From Prasinococcaceae sp. CCMP 1430 (lineage: Eukaryota; Plantae; Prasinodermophyta), in NCBI GenBank assembly GCA_013416795.1, contig RQSC01000029.1, forward strand, positions 385,124-449,123: a DNA stretch of 64,000 nt. Direction: 5' to 3'. Below, piece by piece: positions 45,943 to 55,003 of this stretch (within the stretch, counting starts at the first letter, position 1; each line of letters opens with the position of its first letter). The notes beneath the pieces were generated by a model, which had not been told where the DNA came from, made no database searches, and worked only from the letters and a program-made list of their open reading frames with translations. A program made the position numbers and the translations under genes.

Positions 45943-47330
45943 TCGGCCTCGTGCTTGCCCGCGTCCGGCGGGCTGCGCGGCCGCCGCGCTCGAGTGGGCG
46001 TTCGCGAGCGCGGCGCCGGTCGTCGCTGACGGCTGGCGGCGGCCGCTGCGCGGCGATGATTGCCACGCCCTTGCCGAGGGCGAGGGCGTCGAGGAGCTCC
46101 TGCGTCGCTACGACGCGCTAAGCCGCGGCAGTGGCGCCCGCGGAGGGCGCGATGTTCCAAATGGCGCCGCGTCAGCACCCTCCGCTCCGCCCCCCTCCAC
46201 TGCCCCTCGCGAGGAGGGCTACCGGCGGCGCATGTGGCAGCTCGCCGCAGGCCGCCTGCTCGGGTCAGGCGTGCTATTCGCATACTATGCGGCCTCACAG
46301 CTCGCGCAGCCGCTGCTGATCCGAGGGCTGGTCGAGTCGGTGCGTGACCGCACCGATGCGGGCGCCGCCTACGCTGCAGCCGTTGCGCTCGCCGCCGTCA
46401 CCGGCAGCGTCGCCAAGGAGAATGCCCTCGCCGCGAACCATGCTGTGGGCGGCAGGCTGCGCGCCGTCTCCACCGCGCTCGTGTTTCGCAAGTGGCTGAG
46501 GCTCTCACAGGTCGACGCCGCTCGCGTCCCGCACGATGTGAGCAACCTCATGTCGAGCGACGCGCAGAAGTGGCTCGACCTCATGCCCCTCGTGCACCTC
46601 CTCTGGGCGGCGCCCGCGCAGATCATCGCCGGCGCGGGGATGCTCGTGCACCTCATGGGCTGGGAGGCGTTGGCGGGCGTGGGCGTGCTGCTGGTCGCCG
46701 TGCCGCTCAACGCAATCCTCACCCGTCGGCTCATCAGCGCCAGGCGGGCGCACCTACCGGCCACCGACGCGCGCGTGCGCCTGACGACAGAGTCTGTTCA
46801 CGGTATGCGCGTGCTCAAGCTAAATGGCCTCGATGAGGCCTTCGAGAACAAGGTGCGCGCGGCACGCGCGAGAGAGATGCCCTTCGTCAACACCGAAGCC
46901 GCCGTTTTCGCGCAGCAAATCACAGCCACAATCGTCCTACCGCCAGTGGCCACGCTCGTTGCTTTCGCCGCGTACCTGTTAGCGGACTCGGAGCGCCAGC
47001 TGCTGGCCGACACGGCCTGGCCGGTGCTCAGCGTCTTCTCAGTCGTGCGCTTCCCCATCATGTATCTCAGCGACGTGCTGGGCCAGGCCACGCAGACGTG
47101 GGTGTCGTCTGGCAGGCTCGAAGCGTTTTTGTCGACACCAGACTCGGTTTCCAGCCCACTCCTCCTCATGGAAGATGGTGGCGGGGAAGGAGGTGGGGCG
47201 AGCGGGGAAGGCGGGGGCTCTGCGCGCGCGCTCCCGCCGGCGCGAGCGACGCCTGTGGCGCCAACACCCGCCCGCGCCACTGCGCGCGCGCGCGCGCGCT
47301 GCTGCCTCCATTCGCGCCCGCGGCCATCCA
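45943..47330 (+). pseudogene. ABCC/MRP transporter fragment: TMD1 only, no nucleotide-binding domain (truncated gene or misassembly)
   Basis: LVFRKWLRLS, NLMSSDAQK, HLLWAAPAQI, DARVRLTTESVHGMRVLKL, VRFPI, VSSGRLEAFL; then runs into an A-rich intergenic island with no Walker A. Confidence 0.7.
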
Positions 47331-47840
47331 AAAAAAAAAGTGAAAGTTTTGCATTTAGGGTTTATCGTAAACCCTCTTTTGGATGTGTTTTGACGTACGG
47401 ACGCTTCCGCCGGTGTCCGCCGCCGAGCGCATCCGCCAAAAAAAAAAAAAACAAGGCTCGCCGACGTGAGTTTCAACGACGCGCGTTGAGATCGAGATGC
47501 TCCCCCGTGGGTATTTTTGATCTAGATCTGAGAGTGTGAAGGACGGCGTGCGGTCGCAGCTTTGGTTTTGATGGGCGAGCGGCCCGGGCGCGCCGCGCGT
47601 GCGTGGGCGTGCGGGCGCTGCGCCCAGGCGTGCTCACCTCCGACGTGCCCTTACGCAGCGACAGCGACGACGTGGCGGGTGCCGACGGCCAGAAGCGCTC
47701 CGCGCGTTTCCCGCCCCGCGGCCAAAATGCGCGCGCGCCGAGCGTACGCACGTCAAAATTCGTGTTAAAAACGCGGCAAGAGAGGGTTTCCGGATGCGTC
47801 GAACGCGCGCCGCGCGCCCGCAACTACCGCACCCCGCGGG

Positions 47841-47915
47841 AATCTAAAATCTAAATCTAAATCTAAATCTAAATCTGCAGTAAAATAAAATAAAATAAAT
47901 AAAAAATAAAAAATC
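47841..47915 (+). repeat. (AAATCT)5-6 followed by a (TAAAA)n tract
   Basis: Direct reading. Confidence 0.9.
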
Positions 47916-48823
47916 GTGCGACCTTCGGATGTTCGATGCCCGGCGACGGTCGATGGATCACAGCGGGGACGTGCCCCCGCCCAGCGCCCTCCGGCGGCTT
48001 CGCGCCACGCGATGGATGGGTTCGTGTACCCACGGGAGATCTCAAGCCAAAACGGTTGTTGGGGCGGGTGAGCGCGTGCGGCCGCGTGATTGACTTACCC
48101 ACGGGAGAGTTATGATCAAAACGCCTTCGGGCGGACACGGGTTTGGTTGGCCGTTTCGAACCGCGCGCCGGCGTTCCCCGAAGGGGTGCGCGCGCCGGCG
48201 GGGCACACGGCGCGCGGGGGGGCGGGGCGGGGTGAGGAGGGGCCGTTCGCATCGCCTACCCCCTTTTGGGGGGGGGCTCCTCGCGCTCCCTCGAAGAGGA
48301 GGGAAGCAGGGCAGGAGGCCCTCTCCCCCCCCCAACACACACGCCCCACCCCCTCCCAAACCCTCCCCTCCGGGATTCGTCCTGGACTCCGGGGGCGGCC
48401 GCGGCGACTGCTCCCTTAAGGACGCAGTCGCACGCGCTGCCGCGGACTGCAGCGCGGTGGGGAGGTGGTGATGGTGGTGGGGTGGGGGAGTTGAGGGGGG
48501 GTGCCGCGCTGCAGGTCATCCGGACGGATCGTGTCGGGCGGCCCCTAGGGGCCCATCAGGGTCGCGGGCGCGCGCGGGGGCGGCGCCGAGCCGCCCCGCG
48601 CAAGCCGAGCCGACGCGCGCGTGTGGCGGGGCGGAGGGAGCGTGTCTGTTGCGCTCGCATTTACCCACGGGGCGCGCGATTGTGACGGTCGCTGCAGGAG
48701 AGCGCCGCACGTGCCCACCGCGCACCCCCGGCTCGCCCGCGCACTGACCGATGCGCCCGCGCCTCGCTCGTGCGGATCTGCACCCGACCCCGTGTGCGTG
48801 CGCGCCGGTCTCCTCGCGCGCAG

Positions 48824-49606
48824 CCTCGAGATGCACTACGTCGGCACGCTCGCCGCCGACGGCAAGAAGTTCGACTCGAGCCGTGACAAAGGGAAGCCGT
48901 TCAAGTTCACCATCGGCCACGGCCAGGTCATCCGCGGCTGGGACGAGGGCATCATGAAGATGTCTGTCGGCCAGCGCGCCAAACTCAAGGTCACCGCGGA
49001 CTATGGATACGGCGCGAGGGGCGCGGGCTTCGTGATCCCCCCCAATGCCGACCTCGTCTTCGGTGCGTATGCGGGTGTCGCGTCCGCCCGTCATCGCGCA
49101 GCAGATGCGGGGTGCCTAGGCGGGGAGCTGCTCGACGTCGCAGCGAATGCGCTGACACCATCACACTGCCACCCGCGACCTCGCCCCGGCATTCCCGCTC
49201 GACGCTCGATCGGCGGCGCCCTTCTCCGCGGGCGCGTGGGGGTGCTGGCCTCAACGCACGCGCGTGGCTTTCGCAGACGTGGAGTTCCTGCGCATTGTCC
49301 CTACAGGTGAGTCAATTAAGTCGGACTTCCTCAGCAAGCTACCGTTCTTGCTGGCGTACATTGCGGTGGTCCTCTGGTGCGTCGCGGTGGCGCCGTGCGC
49401 ACGGTGCCGCGGTCGGGGGCGGGCGACAAGCAGGCGCGCGAGATGGGGGCACGGCCGACCGCCAGCCGCACTTGGGCAGTGCCATGCACGCCGCTCCCGC
49501 CCGTACGCCGTGATGCGCTGCGTTGCGTGCGACGCGCTGACGTTGCTTTCGCCGCGCGTTCCGCAGGATACTGAAGTACGTTCGTTCCGATGAGCAAGAG
49601 CTGTAG
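48824..49606 (+). CDS. FKBP-type peptidyl-prolyl isomerase with predicted C-terminal TM; exons 48824-49062, 49277-49376 (or -49306), 49567-49606; 5' exon(s) unresolved
   Basis: [16 protein letters not shown]...[25 protein letters not shown]....YGYG..G...[14 protein letters not shown]. Confidence 0.9.
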
Positions 49607-50192
49607 GCCAGGCCGGGCCGCACTCCAGTACGTACTGGATGTAACGATCGTTCGCGAGTGCGCGTCGCGCGCGCGCGCGCGCGTCTGCGGGTGCCCGGCA
49701 AGGCAAGCGTCAGGATCACCTCGCGTATGTGTGAGGAGCACAGCGGGCGCTCACTGCCAATCGGCGCCACACCGCAGAGACATCTCGCTGCGACACATTG
49801 CGCTGGTGTGCACACGCACGCACGCCTGCAACGTGTGGCGCAGCGTTTAGGGGTCCCTGTAGCTACTAGCAAGCGATGGCGTAGCCGCTGCATTGGTGTA
49901 CGCACGGATAACTTGGGCGTGTACGACACACCTTGAGTCACTAAGCAGGCTTCTGCGCGGGCGCGTGGATCAATGGCGCGCGCGCCCAACTGCACTTGTC
50001 GGAGAGTGGAGGTCCGCTCCCGCGAGCACAAATCACCCGACCCAAGAGAAGTTCAACGATGCGACAGCATGTGTGATTGGAGCCTATCAGATTACACACG
50101 CGCGCTCGCAGCCCGTCCTGCGGCTCGGCCGCGCGTTCCTCGACCGCTTGCTCGCCCCTCGCCCCATCCTGCTGGCGCGGCGCTCGGGCGCG

Positions 50193-52280
50193 TCACCACC
50201 CTGGAGCGTCGTCAGCGGTCCGTGCTGCCAGCTCCTTCAGCTGGAGCATGGCCCTGCGGCGGCCTGCGGAGCTGGTTGCCCGCGACCACGCACGCAGCGC
50301 ACGTGCGTAGTGCCCCTCGAGCTCGGCGAACACGTTTCCCCACTCGTATGTCAGCGCGCTTGCGTGCGCCTTCGCACTCATACGTGTGCGGAGCTCGGGA
50401 TCGGTGAGAAGCATCTTTGCCGCTTCCGCCATCGCCGCAGCGTCCTTGGCCTGGAAGCCCGCGCCCTCGGTGACCAGACGGCTGGTGCCACTCGCGTTCG
50501 CAGCCACGATCGATGGCACGCCGCTCGCGAGAGCCTCGAGCACCGTCGCGCCGAACGTCTCCGTGCGAGAGGGCATCAGATACGCGTCGGCATTGGCGTA
50601 CGTTGCCCAGAGACTCGCGCCCGTCATTGTGCCCATGAAAATCGCCTCAGGCATCTTCTTGGCGAGGCCCGCGCGCGCGGGGCCGTCGCCTACCACCACC
50701 ATCGTGAAGCGCACGCCCTCCGCGCGCAGGATGGCGTCGACCTCCGCCACGTCGTCCAGGCCCTTCTCCCACACCATGCGGCACGCGACGAGCAGGACGG
50801 GAGTGTCAGCGATCGCGTCTGCGGTGGCCGCGATGGCCGCCTGAGTGGCCGCGCCAGTGTCGTCGACGCTCGCACCCGCTCCCAAATCCACGCCGCCAGA
50901 GCCCACCCCCCCACCACTGCGCGACCCCGCGTCCATGCCCGCAACTGCGAGCGCCGCAGCCCCAGCAGTCACGCCGGGCACCGACATGGGCCTCTGGACG
51001 AGCAAAGGGTTGCCGCCAGGGCCGACCCCGCCGGCGCTGCCGAGTGCCTGGAAGCCTGCCATCGCTCGGCTGGCGGCGGCCACCGGCGCGAGCACTTCGC
51101 GGCGCCAGCGCGGTGCGTCGCGCAGCGCTGGAGTGAACTGCTCGGCGTTGACGCCGCGGCGCCAGGGGAGGCTCTTGCCGGGGTGCAGGCCGTGCTCCTC
51201 GAGGTCGGCGCCCACCTCGGGCGCGGGCACGTACACCTGCAGGCACCCGTTGTAGAACGTGCTCATGTACGCCCACAGCGGGCCCTCGAAGATGCCCAGA
51301 TTGTAGTACTTGACGTACGTGGCAAAGTGCGTGTGGTAGGAGCACACGACGGGCACGTGGTGCTCGTGCGCCCAAGCCTGCGCCTCCGAGCCGAGCAGGT
51401 CGGGCGTGGCGACGTGCACGATGGTCGGGGCGAAGTCCGCGAGCCGCTTGTAGCCGTTGGCGCCGAGGCCGAGCGCCATGCGGTACTCCGGCCGGAAGGG
51501 CGCCTGCACCGATGGTACCGACTCGATCTCCGCCGCGGCAAGCGCCTCGGCGGAGAGCGGCGACGTGGGCGTGGTCGGGCAGAACACGAGCACGCGGTGG
51601 CCCTGCGACTCGAGCCGCTGCGCGAGGCGGTTGAGGGTCATCGACACGCCGTCGATGATGTGCTGGTAGGCGCCCGAGAAGATCGCCACGCGCTGGCCGC
51701 GCGGCAGCGGAAGGGGCGGCTCCGTGGTCTCCCAGTCCCACGGCGGCGGCGCGCTGCGCCAGGGAGAGGAGGCGGTGCCATTTGCGCGCACGTGTGTGCG
51801 TGCGTGCGCGCGCGCGCGCGTGCGTGCGTGCGTGTGTGGTGCAGTGGTTTTGGGCCACAAAAGGGCGAGCGGTGCCGCGGCGCGCGTCAGTGCGCGAGGA
51901 CTCGGCAGCGCGGACGGCAGGGGGGGCTCTCGCACTCGCGAGGGAGGCGCCGGCGGCAGCAAGGGGTGGGGCGCTGCTGCGCGCGGCTCTCAGCGGATCT
52001 GCGGCGCCGCCGGCGTGCGTCGCGTCGCGGCGCACCTCGCCGCCGAATACATGCCCGACTCGAGGTTGGACCTGGTGTTCTTGGAGATGGGCGAGAACTC
52101 GGCTCGTCGCGGCATGAGTGCGTGCATGGAGAGCACGCAGAACAGCCACACGCCGCAGACAGCGGCCGTCACTCGTACCATGCGCTTGCGCGCCGACATC
52201 GGTTGCGCCGACGGCCCGAGGCCGAGCGTGCCGAGGGCGTTCACGAGGCTCACGGACCCGCCGTGTGCGACGGCGCCCAT
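50193..52280 (-). CDS. GT4 (GT-B) glycosyltransferase of the PatA/MgtA/SQD2-like group with N-terminal TM; exon borders in the 5' part uncertain
   Basis: DGVSMTL, HVATPDLLG, SYHTHF, WRRGV, RMVWEKG, GDGP, ETFG..VLEALASG; N-terminal hydrophobic segment VTAAVCGVWLFCVLSM. Confidence 0.85.
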
Positions 52281-52751
52281 CCTGGCGGGATGGTACACCA
52301 GCCCCTCTCCCGAGAGCGCCTCACGCGCGCAGTGGGAGCCGCCGTCGTCGCGCGCACCCGCCGCGCCGCCGCCGCCGCGCGCCGNCGCGCGCAGTCCCAC
52401 GCGGCGCAGCCAGCGCGCGCGCGCGCGGCCCCCTCCAATTTCGCGGACGGCGGCGGCGCGAAACCCGCGCGCTCCGCGCGACTTTTTCGCGTCCGACGCG
52501 ATTCAGAAATCCCGAACCGTTTTTTTTTTTTTACGCAGCGGGGCGGTGCGGGGGTTGTCATATCGGCGTCGGCTTCGTCGCGGGGCGGAGCAGCGCGCTT
52601 TCGCAGCCGCGCGCCGCAGCGGAAAACGCAAAAAAAAAACGGAATTGGAATCGGAATCGGCAGCGAAATCGAATCGGGGGCGCCGCGCGGCGGTGCCGAG
52701 GGGTCGCGGCGCGTCGCCGCGCCGAAGTACGTAATTCATTCGCACGGCCGT

Positions 52752-52927
52752 GGCGCCATCAAACGGGATGGAAGGGTACGAAGTTCATCAAAGTGCACTT
52801 GGGCGAGAGACGGCGCTATGAAACGGCATTGAGGCGGAAACGCAGTCAAAGTGCACGTGTGCGAGAGCCGGCGCCATCAAACGGGATGGTCACGGAAACG
52901 CAGTCAAAGTGCACGTGAACGCGTAGG
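52752..52927 (+). repeat. Degenerate tandem repeat, 3 x 58-60 bp
   Basis: Units start at 52752, 52812, 52870: GGCGC(C/T)AT(C/G)AAACGG...TCAAAGTGCAC...; intergenic. Confidence 0.9.
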
Positions 52928-53360
52928 CCCGCGAGGGAGGGAGGGACGCAACGGCAACGGCACGGCACGCCGAGGGGGGGGTGTCGGGTGGCGTTTTTAA
53001 TTGTTGGTGTGTTTTGCGATCGGCAAAAAAAAAAAAGTTGAGTGGGAGCGGCTCTGGCGGCGGAGGCGCGCGCCGCGCCGCGCGGGCGCAGGGCGGAGCA
53101 GGGCGAGGGGCCGGAGAGGGGAAGGACGGGCGGGCGGGCGCGGGGAGGAGAACGGGGGGGCGCGAGGGGCTGCGCGCGATCCGGGGGTGGCCGGCCGATC
53201 GTGAGTCGTACAAAAATCGATGCGATCACTCGTACAAAAAGTCATGCAAGCAAGCCACAGTGTGTTTGGTTCGCACCGCCGAGCGGCTCCGCATCCCCTC
53301 TCTCCCCCCCCCCGAGGGACGCGAGCCGCTCCAGCGGACGCGGCGATGGGTTTCGTCGAG

Positions 53361-54475
53361 CTACAAGAAGACCTTGAAGCCTTCGAAGGTCATGAACATT
53401 GCCGCCATGCCGAACACCGCGCGCAGCATCGCCGCGCCCACGCCAGCGTACAGGCGCAAGATGCCCCCCTCGGCCGTCAGCTGGCGGAACGCTTTGATGG
53501 GGCCCACGTGGTCGGAACGCTGTGCGGAGGGCGCGGCGCAGCGTCAGCGCTGGGCGACCGCCTGCTCGCTCGCATCGCCGGCGCGGCGGCGGCGGCGCGC
53601 GCGCCACGAAAGCCGACGGGAAGACAGACAGCAGCACAGACGGAGAGAGAGGGGCAGAGCGAGAATTGAGCCCACGCGCACGCACCTCGGCGGTTTGCAC
53701 GATCGATTTGAGCGTGTCGAACGGATGGGGGAGGAAGTAGTACAGCACGCCGCTCACGGAGCCGCCGAGGCAGGTCGCCACGGGGGTGGGCAGGCCCAGC
53801 GAGAGGAAGAGCGCGTTGCCGGCCTCGAAGCCCGTGAAGAGGCCAATGTTGCCAACCATTTCCTTGAGCGCGTGGAGGCGCCACCCGAGGTACACGCCGA
53901 AGGTTCCATTCGTCTTGGTGATGGCACGCGCGCACTCAAGTATCGACTTCTCGCGCCCGACCTGCAGGCGCGCCTTGATTAGGTCCAGCGGGCAGTACAC
54001 GAAGCTCTCGAAGAAGCCCACCATCGCGCAGCACACCATCCAGCGGATCGGCGTGTCCCACGGGTGCGCGCCCGTCAGAGTGCGCAGCGCCTCCATGGCG
54101 CCGAACATGAAGGAGATGCCGATGCCCTTCTGAATGGCGGGCGCCATCACGCCGGCGTAGAAGGCGCCAATGCCGCGCGTGCGCATCATGTGCACCGCCT
54201 GATCGAGCGCGCGATGGACGGCGGTCAGCGCGAGCATGTGCAGAACCGCCTCGGCGCCGTACTCGAGCGGGCGCCGGCGCCGGCGCGCGCTCGCGCGCGC
54301 TCATGCGGCCGCTCGCGCCGCGCACCATGCCGATGAAGGTGGTGGGGTCTCCCTTCCCCGCCGTCTGCTGCTGCGTCTTGACGCTATCGAACGGATGGCC
54401 CACCAGGACCTCCACCACGCCGGCGACGGCGCCGGCGATCGCCGCGGCCCCCGCGGCCGCCGGCCGCTCCGGCAT
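53361..54475 (-). CDS. Mitochondrial carrier (SLC25) protein, carnitine/acylcarnitine- or amino-acid-carrier-like; 2 introns
   Basis: Three signature motifs HPFDSVKT, CPLDLIKARLQ, HPFDTLKS; FYAG, VYLG, LYAG. Confidence 0.92.
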
Positions 54476-54656
54476 CGCCTCGCGCGTGTACCAAACGAAA
54501 AAGGGAGCGAGAGAACGAGCTGCAGAGGGTGGGAAACGCGCACCAAGGCCTCGACCTTGATGCCTCGCCGCAGTCGCGGCGATTCGCTCCCTCTTTCCGT
54601 CGCGCGCGCTCTTTGGCTCACCCCCACACCCACACCCCCACACCTCCTCAACCCCC

Positions 54657-54658
54657 CT

Positions 54659-54713
<55 letters not shown>
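54657..54713. repeat. Long poly-C tract
   Basis: About 55 nt of near-pure C upstream of the SLC25 gene; may be an artefact. Confidence 0.7.
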
Positions 54714-54714
<1 letters not shown>

Positions 54715-55003
54715 TTACTCCGCGGCACGCCCCCGCACACGCGTGTGCGCGCACGGTATTCCAGCAATTTGGCCGCGTATTTTGACCTCGAAATGGATGC
54801 ACGTGGCTGAAACCACGGAAATAATCCCGAAACGACCGTTGGTGACTCACCAATTCTGAACCCTAATATTGTTTCTAACCCTTGTTTTGTAGTTTGGGTT
54901 TTCAACCTCCGCACTCAAGCGTTGGCACGTACTAGGGAGGACGACGTAGCTCTCCCGATCGAAGAGCGGAGGGGAGATGCTATGTACTGTACGTACAGAG
55001 AGG

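Noticed and set aside
45245-46066. Overlap of the LTN1 and ABCC ORFs across the N gap
   Set aside because: Artefact of reading through Ns; the genes are divergent with their starts in the gap.
49893-52832. 979-aa plus-strand ORF, and similar long antisense ORFs such as 28422-31100 (minus) and 8170-9504 (plus)
   Set aside because: Shadow frames opposite real genes; high GC suppresses stop codons and the products are Arg/Ala/Pro-rich with no domains.
52752-52927. CRISPR-like array
   Set aside because: Only three degenerate units, no unique spacers, no cas genes, eukaryotic context.
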